This document shows, piece after piece, positions 8,572-18,515 of a DNA stretch of 34,006 nt (within the stretch, counting starts at the first letter, position 1; each line of letters starts with the position of its first letter). The stretch is from the IMG/VR virus record IMGVR_UViG_2734482588_000013; one strand, 5' to 3'. This DNA comes from a virus (Duplodnaviria; Heunggongvirae; Uroviricota; Caudoviricetes). The translations under genes and the position numbers were made by a program. A model generated the notes under the pieces. The model had not been told where the DNA came from, made no database searches, and saw nothing but the letters and a program-made list of their open reading frames with translations.

Positions 8572-10530
8572 TTACGCCGTACATTTCACCAGACCGCGGT
8601 GATCAACTGGCGCGACACCGGCGTCAATACGCACTTTCGTTGTCACGCCATCCACACTGAAGCCCTCCATCTGATCAATATATGGCGTATCCACACCGTT
8701 GAGATAAGCCACTTCAATCGTATCGGAGCCTTTGGACGCAGCCAGGTAGAAGGTGGTCTGGCTGTTATCATCAAGACGAGGCTCTGCAATAACGGTCGCA
8801 AAATCTTTCACCGGGTTAATAATACCGGCGTTAATGTCAGCCCCCTTGACACTTGAGGAGCGAATGACCTGGTTAGCAACAGACTCCATCGCCGTCGGTA
8901 CCAGTACGAACGCAGGACGAATATTCAGATGACGCTCACCCTCTTTCTGAACGCGCATCAACTGGCGGGCTTTATCCAGCGATGCCACGTCCATTGCAGC
9001 GCTCTCCAGTACGTTTGCATGTTTCGCTTTATCGAACAGACTTACATTATCTGTGGAGATTTTCGGGTTAGACGTCAGAATGGCATAAACCAGATCGGCA
9101 ATGGTGGATTTCGCCGCACGGCCCAGTTTCATCGGGACATCGGTCAGCATATTCAGATCATCATTGATAATGGCCTGACGGGTGATACTGAACAGCTCGC
9201 CATAGGTCGCCAGTGCAATAGTGGCCTGTTTATCTCCGGTGGTGACGTATTTATATTCCGCCCCTTCACGCACCTGACGCAGAGCACTGAAGCCCCCCAT
9301 ACCCACACGATGGGCAATTTTAAAATCAGACAACTGACCTTTCCGCGTCCACTGTTCATAGGTTTCAGGGGCATCTTCCCAGCCCTGCAGAATGGCTTTG
9401 TTCGCAACATCCAGCAGAATATTACCGAAGTCAGACGTACTGTGTGTGAACGCCGCACCGACCATCTGCATCGGGTTATAACTGGAAACCCCAATACCCC
9501 GTTCAGTCAGTGACATACGGGCATATTCACGCAGGGTCATCCCGTTGTAGACATTATCACGTTCGGTTTTTTCAAATCCGGCACGCGCCATCAGCGCCTG
9601 GCGGATCCCGTCCCCCACAAAATTACCGTTACCGGCATAAATATGAGCCGGGGTATTTTTATTGGATGGCGTGGACTCGCGCCCCATCTCGTTCAACAGC
9701 TTTTCGCGGGCCTGCTCCAGCGAACATTCAGGATCGGCAAGACACTGAGCCTGCAGCGTCTGATAACGCCCGCCAAACATGGCAAACAGATCATTAATAC
9801 CGTTTACACGCGCTTTTTGCTCTGCCAGTACCTGCGCACGGATACTGTTTTCATCCACCACGGGTGCTGCTGCCTGCACTGGCGTCCGGGAAGCTGCAGG
9901 TTCATTATCCTGTACGCGTGGAGCACTGTTGCGTGGCGGAGTAATCATGTTTCGAATGGATTCCGGCATCTTTTTAAATTCCTCTGTACGTTTTGACTGA
10001 ATACATGCCATTGCCTTAACGGCTGGCGTCACCTGATCAGCAAATCCCTGTGCCAGACATTCGGCACCGGACATCCAGGTCTCATCCGCCAGCATGGCAG
10101 CAATTTCATCGGTGGTTTTCCCGGTTTTCTGTGCATAAGCGGGTAACAGAACCGCCTCAACTTTATCGAGCAGGTCGGCATAGGTGCGCATGTCCTCCGC
10201 ATCACCGCCCGTAAAGCCAAATGGTTTATGAATCATCATGAAGGTGTTTTCCGGCATAATGACCGGGTTTCCCACCATCGCAATGACCGACGCCATTGAT
10301 GCCGCCACACCGTCGACATAAACGGTAATGGACGCACCATGTGTTTTCAGCGCATTAAAAATGGCGATGCCTTCAAAGACATCGCCACCCGGTGAATTGA
10401 TATGGAGATTAATGTGGGTGATATCGCCCAGTGCATTCAGATCACTGATAAACTGCTTCGCTGTAACACCCCAGAAACCAATCTCGTCATAAATATAAAT
10501 ATCCGCGTCACTCTGGTGACCAGCCTGCAT
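8572..10530 (-). CDS. prohead protease (ClpP/S14-like) fused to major capsid protein
   Basis: N-terminal about 200 aa carry ClpP-like motifs (NSPGGDV, VDGVAASMASVIAM, MIHKP). The C-terminal about 400 aa look like a major capsid protein. Start placed at the internal Met MQAGHQSD so as not to overlap the portal gene. Confidence 0.75.
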   Translation of the reverse strand: MQAGHQSDADIYIYDEIGFWGVTAKQFISDLNALGDITHINLHINSPGGDVFEGIAIFNALKTHGASITVYVDGVAASMASVIAMVGNPVIMPENTFMMIHKPFGFTGGDAEDMRTYADLLDKVEAVLLPAYAQKTGKTTDEIAAMLADETWMSGAECLAQGFADQVTPAVKAMACIQSKRTEEFKKMPESIRNMITPPRNSAPRVQDNEPAASRTPVQAAAPVVDENSIRAQVLAEQKARVNGINDLFAMFGGRYQTLQAQCLADPECSLEQAREKLLNEMGRESTPSNKNTPAHIYAGNGNFVGDGIRQALMARAGFEKTERDNVYNGMTLREYARMSLTERGIGVSSYNPMQMVGAAFTHSTSDFGNILLDVANKAILQGWEDAPETYEQWTRKGQLSDFKIAHRVGMGGFSALRQVREGAEYKYVTTGDKQATIALATYGELFSITRQAIINDDLNMLTDVPMKLGRAAKSTIADLVYAILTSNPKISTDNVSLFDKAKHANVLESAAMDVASLDKARQLMRVQKEGERHLNIRPAFVLVPTAMESVANQVIRSSSVKGADINAGIINPVKDFATVIAEPRLDDNSQTTFYLAASKGSDTIEVAYLNGVDTPYIDQMEGFSVDGVTTKVRIDAGVAPVDHRGLVKCTA

Positions 10531-10576
10531 CCTGAACCAGGAATTATTCTTCGGACTGGTCGTCGGTGTACTGCGG

Positions 10577-12052
10577 CTACTGTCGTTTCGTTGCGGCACT
10601 GCTGCCTCCTTTATCACTGGCCGGATCGGTATCAAATACCAGGTCCAGCTTGCGGTTTTCATCAATTTCGGCCTTGCGCCGACGTTTGACATCATCCGGA
10701 TTACGACCACCTGCACGTACCCAGTCTGATTCTGTCGCCGCTCCACCACGAATCTGGATTTTCCAGGCCTCAGCCTCCTTAACAGGATCAATCCACGGCA
10801 TCACCGGTCCGGAATACACCGCGGTATACAGTGAAGAACGGTCAAGATCGCGGGGTAGCCTGATAACACCGGATGCCACAGCCTGTTTCAGCCAGGCACG
10901 ATACATCGGGCGGGTGACGGCACCAATAAACCAGTCCTGCAGGATCAGGTAGCCATCAGTGGATTCAACCAGCTCCTGACGCTGGGCGCTGTAAGTGCCG
11001 TTATAGTTGCGCGCTGTACTGGAAAAACTCAGACGACTGCCCGCCGCCACGGCACGCAACTGAGCATTACGAAAAGTTTCAAGGTTAGGATTTGGGCGAT
11101 CCGACTTCACCATTCCGATTTCTTCGCCGGGTTTCAGATCGTCGTAAATAATGCCTGGCTGAATGGTAAGCTCGCGTTCATTCTCCTTGCTGTAATTACC
11201 ATCCGTTTCATAGCTCTGTCCGTCGCCTTTGCGGATGTACATCCCCAGAGCAGCGGCGACCCTTGCTGCAGTCAGCTCAGAATCTTCATACTCTTTCAGG
11301 GCGCTGAGGCGGATCAGCACACCGGACAATAAAGACGTCCCGCGCATCTGGTGCAGACGGCGAACAAATTTAAGATGCAGCATTCGCTCTGCATCCACTT
11401 CTTTGGTTTCCATCTGCCGTCCGGATACAGGACGACTTTTATACACCAGATATTTTTCGGGACGCCCCCAGTCATCAACAAACACGCCCTGATTCAGCCT
11501 GTTACTCTCATCACTGGTCATGGGAATAAAGTCCGGCTCGAGCGCCTCCAGCCAGAAATGAACACCGGCAGAAGGCGTCAGGCTGTTTATGCGCCCGGAA
11601 ACCATCTGGGCAAACACCTCACCATCGCGCAGCCAGGTACGCAGCATCAGACGTTCCAGCATCGGACGGGTAAACTGCCCGGTGACCTCCGGACTGACAG
11701 ACCATTCACTCCATCGGGTACGTATCTCCGCTGCCAGATCACGGGCAATGGCCCCATTGCGTAATACCGGATGTGGCTCGACAATAATCCCGTTTTTCCC
11801 CACCACCCGTTCTTCCAGCTTGTCAAATACACCAATGACCAGATCGTGGTTGTTATCAAGGTAACGGGCCTGCTCACGTAACGACACGGCCCCGTACTGG
11901 CTTAACTGGTCGGCAGTTCGGTTCTCCCGTCGGGCTTTGTGTGTCCGCGTCGTTTTTACGGCCTCATAAGCCTGGATCACCGCACGGGAACGCAGCCTTG
12001 CCGCTTTCCATCCTGGTGAAAAAACGCCAATCACATCATCAAGAATTGCCAT
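10577..12052 (-). CDS. B: portal protein (lambda gpB family)
   Basis: About 490-aa ORF between W and the protease-capsid gene. Start at the internal Met MAILDDVIG, overlapping the W stop by 1 nt. Confidence 0.8.
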   Translation of the reverse strand: MAILDDVIGVFSPGWKAARLRSRAVIQAYEAVKTTRTHKARRENRTADQLSQYGAVSLREQARYLDNNHDLVIGVFDKLEERVVGKNGIIVEPHPVLRNGAIARDLAAEIRTRWSEWSVSPEVTGQFTRPMLERLMLRTWLRDGEVFAQMVSGRINSLTPSAGVHFWLEALEPDFIPMTSDESNRLNQGVFVDDWGRPEKYLVYKSRPVSGRQMETKEVDAERMLHLKFVRRLHQMRGTSLLSGVLIRLSALKEYEDSELTAARVAAALGMYIRKGDGQSYETDGNYSKENERELTIQPGIIYDDLKPGEEIGMVKSDRPNPNLETFRNAQLRAVAAGSRLSFSSTARNYNGTYSAQRQELVESTDGYLILQDWFIGAVTRPMYRAWLKQAVASGVIRLPRDLDRSSLYTAVYSGPVMPWIDPVKEAEAWKIQIRGGAATESDWVRAGGRNPDDVKRRRKAEIDENRKLDLVFDTDPASDKGGSSAATKRQ

Positions 12053-12264
12053 CAGAACCTCGCCAGCCGGTACCCGGGATGCCCACGTCGTCGTGTAATC
12101 AGAGCCGCAAGGCGGCGCTCCCACTCCTGCCGCCCCTGCCGGATCTCAGATAAGTTTTCCATGGTCATCTGCTGACCATTAAAAGTGACGGATTTTCCGT
12201 CCAGCACCGCCATTTCAGCTTCCGTATAACGCTGAATCATGGCTTCAATATCATTCTGATTCAT
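12052..12264 (-). CDS. W: head-tail joining protein W
   Basis: About 70-aa ORF with a C-terminal ...ITRRRGHPGY resembling lambda gpW (...TQRRRGPAGF). ATGA overlap with the terminase stop and GGAGG 6 nt upstream. Confidence 0.65.
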   Translation of the reverse strand: MNQNDIEAMIQRYTEAEMAVLDGKSVTFNGQQMTMENLSEIRQGRQEWERRLAALITRRRGHPGYRLARF

Positions 12265-14360
12265 AACCATCCTCCGGAAGTCAGCCAGGGGTTAACATCG
12301 TCAGTTACTGTTTTCTTCCGTTTTTGTTTTTTAACAGGCGTGGATACCGGTTCCGGTGAGGGTGACGGTTCGGTACTGTCCGGGACACACTCCAGCCAGG
12401 TTTCCCGGCTCGCCCACTCCGGTGCATCCGGCCAGCGGATCTTTTCGTATCCATGCAGAATGACCAGAGCCTCGGCATACACCATCAGGTCAAAAGCTTC
12501 GTTGGCACCGCGACCCGGCTTACTCCATTTCCCGTCACTGCTCCGCTCTTCATACGTCAGTTCGTCGTAAAACCAGCTCCCCAGCCAGTCAGGGAAATGC
12601 ACATAGCCAGGACCTGGCGAGTTACGCCATAACGCGTTATTCACCCGGTCTTTCAGGGCATCCGTCTGAAGAAGCCAGAGCGGCACATCACCTGCGGCCT
12701 GCGCCCGTCGGCCCGTTCGTCCGGTGTTATCAGGGAATGTACGGCTGATCAGTTTTGCGCGCCGGATGCTGTCGCCCTTAAACAGGTAAATACGTTTACC
12801 AAGGCCATCACGACGGCAACGACGCCAGAATTTATAGGCATTATCAGTGACCCCGTCTTCACCGCCGGAGTCCACCGCCATTGCCATAAGTCGCATTTGT
12901 TGAGAAGGATCGGAGGCCAGCGGCCAGCTTTTATGAAAAACATCTGTCAGCAGGACATCCCAGTCTTCCGGATAGCTGGCCGGATCAATTCGCTGGCTCT
13001 CCCCGTCGCAGTCACTGCGCAATGACTGCGTGATGTTGTAACGATCAATAATCCAGCGTTCGCCACGACTGCCATAGCCTGTTACCTGAACCACAAAACG
13101 GCGATGACGTCCCGCCTGCACATCCACTGTCGCCACAAGGAAATTAACGCCATCCGGCACACTGCGGGAAGGAACTGGCTCTGCCCGCTGCTCAAGCAGT
13201 TCACTTTTTCGTTGCTCCATGCTGGCACGAGGAAGATAAGGCAATCCCCAGTCGGTGTTGATAACCGCCCTGAGTGTTTCTTCGCTTCCTGTCGCTTCAT
13301 ACTCCTGTTCTGCAGTCAGTAATTTGTAAACCAGTTGCGCCCAGGTCTGATACGCAGCAGCTGGCCCTTCCATCCAGAAACTGGCGATACGGGAGCGGCG
13401 CGGTTCACCGGAAACGTTGCCGTTACGATCAATGACCTGACCTTCACGCAACCAGACTCCTGCACTATTGAGCTCACGCTTTTTCTCCGCAGTGATAATG
13501 CCGCTGCAGTGCGGGCAAAGTAGATACGCCGCCTCACTGGCTTTAAAGGGATCCGGTTCATTACGGTAGCCGGTCATGGCATCCATGGCTGGCTGAAAAT
13601 ATTCACCGCAGTGCGGACATGGCCAGTACCAGCGGCGGCGGTCACCACGATTGTAAAGGGAAAGAATACCAGTCGTCGGTGGCGCTTCATGAGGCGACTT
13701 ACGTCGCCATTTGCTGTCGCAGATGTCACGTCCCGGCGAGCTCTCCACCAGAGTCATCCCGGCGGACATAAATGTGGTGGTACGTTTTGAGGCCAGGGAG
13801 AAACCATCACCCTCGCTGTCGATATTCTCCGGAAAACGGTCGTAATCGGTTAAGGCGACAAACCGGTAATCCGACGACGACATAATGTTGACCGAGGGCC
13901 AACCAATTTTAAGGAACGAGCCATCCCTGAACGTCTTATCATGAACATTATTGTCGTTACGACGTGGACTCATTCTTTTCTTTACCGCCGCACTGCTTCT
14001 GAACGTTCTGTCGAGGCGCTTTTTAGAATGCTCGCGGGCCTTATCTTCGGTCATCTGCACAACGAGCATGTCCGAAGGATCGCAAACGATGGTATAGACA
14101 ATCCATCCATCGATCAGACCAATGGTCTTCCCTGTTCGCGCAGGACCAACAAAAATCACCGCATCGTATTCACGCGATGCCAGGCAGTTCATGGGCTCAA
14201 TGATGTAGGGTGTCAGTTCAGGATCCCATGGCACCGAGTTACCAGCCCCCTTGGGAACACGCATGAATTTTTTAACAGCCTCCGAAATCGGCATGCGACG
14301 TGGTGGGGAAAATCCTGCCGATATGTCCCTTCCCAAATTTCGGGCTGATGAAAAACCCAT
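12261..14360 (-). CDS. A: terminase large subunit (GpA family)
   Basis: 699-aa ORF with a Walker A motif (VGPARTGKT) and conserved Cys/His motifs (CPHCGEYF, CPHCSG), positioned between Nu1 and W. Confidence 0.9.
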   Translation of the reverse strand: MGFSSARNLGRDISAGFSPPRRMPISEAVKKFMRVPKGAGNSVPWDPELTPYIIEPMNCLASREYDAVIFVGPARTGKTIGLIDGWIVYTIVCDPSDMLVVQMTEDKAREHSKKRLDRTFRSSAAVKKRMSPRRNDNNVHDKTFRDGSFLKIGWPSVNIMSSSDYRFVALTDYDRFPENIDSEGDGFSLASKRTTTFMSAGMTLVESSPGRDICDSKWRRKSPHEAPPTTGILSLYNRGDRRRWYWPCPHCGEYFQPAMDAMTGYRNEPDPFKASEAAYLLCPHCSGIITAEKKRELNSAGVWLREGQVIDRNGNVSGEPRRSRIASFWMEGPAAAYQTWAQLVYKLLTAEQEYEATGSEETLRAVINTDWGLPYLPRASMEQRKSELLEQRAEPVPSRSVPDGVNFLVATVDVQAGRHRRFVVQVTGYGSRGERWIIDRYNITQSLRSDCDGESQRIDPASYPEDWDVLLTDVFHKSWPLASDPSQQMRLMAMAVDSGGEDGVTDNAYKFWRRCRRDGLGKRIYLFKGDSIRRAKLISRTFPDNTGRTGRRAQAAGDVPLWLLQTDALKDRVNNALWRNSPGPGYVHFPDWLGSWFYDELTYEERSSDGKWSKPGRGANEAFDLMVYAEALVILHGYEKIRWPDAPEWASRETWLECVPDSTEPSPSPEPVSTPVKKQKRKKTVTDDVNPWLTSGGWL

Positions 14361-14896
14361 TATTCCTCCTGGAGACTCTCTCCTTCCTCATCAGGAATTA
14401 ATTCAGCAGCACAAGCCTCGTAGGATTTTTCCTGAAGAGTGTATCGCAGGTCATCAATGGCCTGCTGTACAACGCCGACGGCCTGAGGAGTCAGGGCGCA
14501 ATCGCGTTCAAGAACATCCGGAATTGTCTCCAGAACCTGGACGACAGCCTTTCTCATGGACGAATAGACGATGACTACTTCATCAACGGGGATGAGTTTT
14601 CGCTGCTCCTTTTCCAGCTTGATCCTTTCATTTTCAGACTGGTACCAATCCTTTCTCTCTTTCGGCTCCATACGGGATGGATCATGAACAGAGTCTGCTG
14701 CCTCATGCTTCACACTAAACAGGGCAGGCCCGACATGCTGCAGGGCGTAAACGGGGTTCCCCCTGACAGTCGCTGCCACAGGAGTGTTGGCCGCGAGGAG
14801 CCGTTTTTTTACTGTGTCCCGGTGAAGCCCAAAGGCCTCGGCGATTTTAAAAACACTCCAGTAATAAGCATCACCGATCCCGCTCACATTTGACAT
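14360..14896 (-). CDS. terminase small subunit (Nu1-like)
   Basis: About 178-aa ORF directly downstream of cos. N-terminal HTH-like region and acidic C-terminus ending ELIP..., as in lambda Nu1. Start at the internal Met with GGAG 6 nt upstream. Confidence 0.65.
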   Translation of the reverse strand: MSNVSGIGDAYYWSVFKIAEAFGLHRDTVKKRLLAANTPVAATVRGNPVYALQHVGPALFSVKHEAADSVHDPSRMEPKERKDWYQSENERIKLEKEQRKLIPVDEVVIVYSSMRKAVVQVLETIPDVLERDCALTPQAVGVVQQAIDDLRYTLQEKSYEACAAELIPDEEGESLQEE

Positions 14897-15075
14897 AAGC
14901 AACTCCATCTGGCAGGTGAAAATCAGGTTTATTTATATATTTCAATTAATTGAAAACTGGTCTAATGACAGGGAGAAAAAAATATTGTACAGGTGAAAAG
15001 AGAAATAACTTTTAATTATCAATAAATTACCTAACATGCTGCCGCCGCCATGGAAATGCAAAAACTAGCCTTTTT

Positions 15076-15122
15076 CCGCGACGCTCCCGCCCCGTGGCAG
15101 GCCACCCCACCGGAAGGACCCG
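15076..15122 (-). other. cos site (cosQ-cosN, lambda-like)
   Basis: Minus-strand sequence GGGTCCTTCCGGTG-(15 nt)-ACG GGGCGGGAGCGT CGCGG parallels remembered lambda ...GGGTCCTTTCCGGTG-(15 nt)-ACG|GGGCGGCGACCT|CGCGG. Lies between the lysis genes and the small terminase gene. Confidence 0.55.
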
Positions 15123-15359
15123 CCAAAATGAGAGTGATTATCACCATTGCTGATGAATAAATTGATGAAAATCATTGAAACGCCTTTCAGCAAGATAACG
15201 GCGACGGTCGTTGTTGAACTCCGTAACTCTGCTACTAAGGTTAAAAGCATGGCCATCTTTTGCCACCGGCAAATCTTCAATGGATTTCCCCTGCCGGTTT
15301 TTTATTCCTCACATTATCGCAGCCCCTCAGTGAAGGGCTGCTGTAATGCCTGCTGTTAC

Positions 15360-15722
15360 TCAGTAACGACCGCGCCTTCCGGTAATTTCATACCGGCAAA
15401 TACCGGACAGCCCGGGGATCGTTATCTGCAGCTGGTTAGCCAGGGAGTTAATCTCAGCGACCAACACTGGCTTCGTATAGCGCCATGCCGCCAGCCCTTG
15501 TCCACAGAAGCTCGCCATATCTTTTTTCTGATCAAACTCATGACACTTCATATTGAGCTGCGCACTTAAGCTGTTGCGATGCTGAAGTTCTCCGGTGAAG
15601 TAGTCATCCAGGACTTTATAGGCTGCATATTTAAATCCGGGGTTTAGCCATGCTGCATAATCATAAGCAACAAACTTCCCGCCATATGTTCCACCGTGTA
15701 CACCGCGCTCAGTAAAAACCAC
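15360..15722 (-). CDS. KilA-N-like domain protein, possibly N-terminally truncated (GTG start)
   Basis: GGTYGGKFVAYDYAAWLNPGF resembles the second half of the KilA-N region in the 270-aa protein at 20575-21384 ([25 protein letters not shown]). No good RBS. Confidence 0.3.
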   Translation of the reverse strand: MVFTERGVHGGTYGGKFVAYDYAAWLNPGFKYAAYKVLDDYFTGELQHRNSLSAQLNMKCHEFDQKKDMASFCGQGLAAWRYTKPVLVAEINSLANQLQITIPGLSGICRYEITGRRGRY

Positions 15723-15743
15723 AGATTCGTGTTTTTTCTCCAG

Positions 15744-16211
15744 CTACTTAATGCGCTGGGTGCGGATATATTCCTGCGCCCCTTCCAGTTGCTTCTGCAT
15801 CGTCATCAACCGTTCTCTGAGGGTGAAATAATCCCGTTCAGCGGTGTCTGCCAGTCGGGGGCTGGTTGCATTATCCATGCTGGTGGGTCCGGTGGCTTCA
15901 CGCACGGCTGCGGAGCAACTGGCATTGACCCGCAGGCGCTTACGACCAGCGGCAACATCAGCGTGCAGAGTTTCATTTTCAGTTTTCGCATCGGCTAACT
16001 CCTTCGTGTATTTTGCATCGATCGCAGCAACATCACGCTGACGCTGCTGCATGTCAGCGATGGTGGCGGTCGCCTGCTTCAGCTCACTGACTTTTTTATC
16101 ACGCTGTTCTTTGTAGGCGATGGCGTTATCACGGTAATGATTGACCGCCCACGACAGGCAGACGATGATGCAGATAACCAGAGCGGAGATAATCGCGGTT
16201 ACTCTGCTCAT
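15744..16211 (-). CDS. Rz: i-spanin Rz
   Basis: Protein begins [30 protein letters not shown], matching remembered lambda Rz. ATGA overlap with the endolysin stop. Confidence 0.9.
   Translation of the reverse strand: MSRVTAIISALVICIIVCLSWAVNHYRDNAIAYKEQRDKKVSELKQATATIADMQQRQRDVAAIDAKYTKELADAKTENETLHADVAAGRKRLRVNASCSAAVREATGPTSMDNATSPRLADTAERDYFTLRERLMTMQKQLEGAQEYIRTQRIK
15806..15991 (-). CDS. Rz1: o-spanin Rz1 (lipoprotein embedded in the +1 frame of Rz)
   Basis: 61-aa ORF with lipobox (LVVSAC), Pro-rich region and C-terminus [14 protein letters not shown], matching remembered lambda Rz1; fully nested in Rz. Confidence 0.85.
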   Translation of the reverse strand: MRKLKMKLCTLMLPLVVSACGSMPVAPQPCVKPPDPPAWIMQPAPDWQTPLNGIISPSENG

Positions 16212-16705
16212 TGTTGCCCCCACAAACAGACTTCACGCTCAATCTCACGACGAGTCATCAGGCCTTTCCATTGCTTACCGCCAGCGTATGTCCAGCGACG
16301 TAGCTGGTCACATGCGCCTTTGATATCGCCCTGGTTTATTTTGCGAAGAAGCGTCGATGTTCTGAAATTGCCAGCACCCACGTTGTAGACGAACGAGTAA
16401 AGAGCGCCGCGCGTTGTTTCCGGTATATCGACTTTGATGTACGGGTTAATTTGTCTGGCGACCGTGGCAAGGTCTTTATTCTGGAGGGCTTTGCATTCTG
16501 CTTCGGTATACGTTTTACCTAGCATGATGTCTTTTCCGGTGTGTCCGTGACATACAGTCCATACGCCAACGATATCTTTGTATGGTATGTAGCTGACACC
16601 TTCCAGGCCATCGTCACCACTCGGACCAGTGATGAGCACAGACGCTATGGCAACAGCCCCACCACCAATAGCAGCAGCAACAGCCTTGCGTAATGATGGC
16701 GACAT
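16208..16705 (-). CDS. R: SAR endolysin (phage P21 R-like lysozyme)
   Basis: N-terminal signal-arrest-release segment ([18 protein letters not shown]) followed by a lysozyme core; matches remembered P21 endolysin. Confidence 0.9.
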   Translation of the reverse strand: MSPSLRKAVAAAIGGGAVAIASVLITGPSGDDGLEGVSYIPYKDIVGVWTVCHGHTGKDIMLGKTYTEAECKALQNKDLATVARQINPYIKVDIPETTRGALYSFVYNVGAGNFRTSTLLRKINQGDIKGACDQLRRWTYAGGKQWKGLMTRREIEREVCLWGQQ

Positions 16706-16920
16706 TATTCACCTCTCGCAGCCTTACGCTTATCTTCTTTAATCTTGAAATAAAGGTTTGTCAGATACGTCAGCAAGCCAAATACCAGACTACCCAGCAC
16801 ACCTATTGCCGCCCACTGTGAGGGCGTGACTTTATCGAGCAACTGTAAAAACCAGTACCCGGCACTACCTGCTGAGGTGCCATAGGCGACACCCGTTGTT
16901 AACTTATCCATGGATTTCAT
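16705..16920 (-). CDS. S: pinholin (S21-like holin, dual-start MKSM)
   Basis: 71-aa ORF with two transmembrane segments and a charged C-terminus ([13 protein letters not shown]), matching remembered P21 S21; 1-nt overlap with the endolysin start. Confidence 0.9.
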
Positions 16921-16986
16921 AACCCCACCTCGCAGATGCGGGTGCTGTGTAATGGAAATAAAAAGGCCACCTACGTGGCCACCAGA

Positions 16987-18039
16987 TTATTTCCCCACCA
17001 GCTCGTTTATCTCTTTCACTGTCTGGTTAAACCGCTCTGACTCAAGCTCAACACCTAAGGCCCGACGCCCCAGCGCCATTGCTGCTTTTATTGTGGAACC
17101 GGATCCCATAAAAAAATCAGCAACCAGATCACCAGGTCGACTACTGGCATTGATTATTTGCCGGAGCATATCCGCAGGTTTCTCACACGGATGTTTACCC
17201 GGGTAGAACTGAACGGGTTTATGCATCCAGACATCGGTATAAGGCACGGAGACTGATACGGAGAAATAGCGCCGGAGAGATTTAAACTCATCCAGCAATT
17301 CAGAATATTTGCGATTCAGTGAATCATAAGATGCCACCAGCTGGTGGTGTGGTTGTTCCAGTTGTTGTTCCTGAAACTTCTCTGCCGCTATACGGGAAAA
17401 CAGTGCCTGTAACTTCCGATAGTCAGCCTCATTCGGCAACTGCCACTGACTGGCACCAAACCAGTGGGAAACCATATTTTTCTTACCTGTGGCTTCGGCA
17501 ATTTGTTTTGCCGTTATACCCAGTTCGGCACGAGCATCCCTGAAATACGATATCAGCGGTGCCATTATGTGCTGTTTGAGTTCCCTTTCTTTTGCCGCAT
17601 AGCCGTCACTTTTGCCGCGATATGGCCCCTGGTAATGTTCAGCAAACAGAACGCGCTCTGTGGCAGGAAAATATGCGCGCAGACTTTCTTTATTACACCC
17701 ATTCCAACGTCCGGACGGCTTCGCCCAGATGATATGGTTAAGCACGTTGAAACGTTCACGCATCATGATCTCAATATCAGATGCCAGACGATGCCCACAG
17801 AACAGGTAAAGGCTTCCGGCAGGTTTTAACACCCGCCAGAACTGGGCCAGACAGTGGTCCAGCCACTTAAGGTAATCTTCGTCCCCTTTCCACTGATTGT
17901 CCCAACCGTTGGGTTTCACCTTGAAGTAAGGCGGATCGGTAACAATCAGGTCAATGGAATCATCAGGCAGGGACTGAATAAAATGCAGGCAATCAGCGTT
18001 GATTAAATCAACACTGTTTATTTTTACAGTATTTTTCAT
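16987..18039 (-). CDS. DNA methyltransferase, beta-class amino-MTase (N6-adenine or N4-cytosine)
   Basis: Motif IV DPPY near the N-terminus (LIVTDPPYF) and motif I FxGSGST near the C-terminus (FFMGSGSTI); an internal insertion of about 150 aa includes an HTH-like stretch. Confidence 0.85.
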   Translation of the reverse strand: MKNTVKINSVDLINADCLHFIQSLPDDSIDLIVTDPPYFKVKPNGWDNQWKGDEDYLKWLDHCLAQFWRVLKPAGSLYLFCGHRLASDIEIMMRERFNVLNHIIWAKPSGRWNGCNKESLRAYFPATERVLFAEHYQGPYRGKSDGYAAKERELKQHIMAPLISYFRDARAELGITAKQIAEATGKKNMVSHWFGASQWQLPNEADYRKLQALFSRIAAEKFQEQQLEQPHHQLVASYDSLNRKYSELLDEFKSLRRYFSVSVSVPYTDVWMHKPVQFYPGKHPCEKPADMLRQIINASSRPGDLVADFFMGSGSTIKAAMALGRRALGVELESERFNQTVKEINELVGK

Positions 18040-18189
18040 GGATCAGTAAGCGTAACTCTGGTAGGCTCACTCTGCTTTTGCGCTAAAGCAGTGGGCCGTG
18101 GTTCGCTTGTGACCAGTAAGCATGAGCGAATGGCTGGCAGGTGCTACCAACACCCACCAGCCGCCCATTTTCACAGCAGGAAACCGCCA

Positions 18190-18417
18190 TTACTGGCAGC
18201 GTCTGAATTTATTCCCGTACCCACCGTTATCCTTCGCCAGACCCGCCAGAACTAACTGAGTCAGTATTAACTGGCACCGGGCTTCGCTTACTCCGGTAGT
18301 TCTCGTCATCATGCGTGGCGTTACCCACTTGTCAGCAGGTAAGAAATGAAGGACTGCGGCGGCGGTTTCTGTCATATCTTGCTGTTTTAGCATGTCTTTT
18401 TCCCTTCTGGTTAACAT
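18190..18417 (-). CDS. hypothetical small protein (possible winged-helix DNA-binding)
   Basis: 75-aa ORF with GAAGGGA 7 nt upstream of the ATG; co-directional with and upstream of the methyltransferase gene. Confidence 0.4.
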   Translation of the reverse strand: MLTRREKDMLKQQDMTETAAAVLHFLPADKWVTPRMMTRTTGVSEARCQLILTQLVLAGLAKDNGGYGNKFRRCQ

Positions 18418-18515
18418 GACATACCAATAACTCTTGTCTAAAAAGCCAGCAAGATAAAAAGTCAGTATTCACGACCACCAGCGTGTTTACTGTACTGCAC
18501 CAAGTTTACAGGTAC

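Noticed and set aside
8599-10000. Plus-strand ORFs inside the protease-capsid gene (for example 8929..9513, 9643..9996)
   Set aside because: Antisense shadows of a clearly coding ClpP/capsid ORF; no independent start signals.
15806-15991. Possibility that the nested Rz1 ORF is an artefact
   Set aside because: Not rejected as a gene: it has a lipobox and Pro-rich region matching lambda Rz1, so the nested arrangement is accepted as real.
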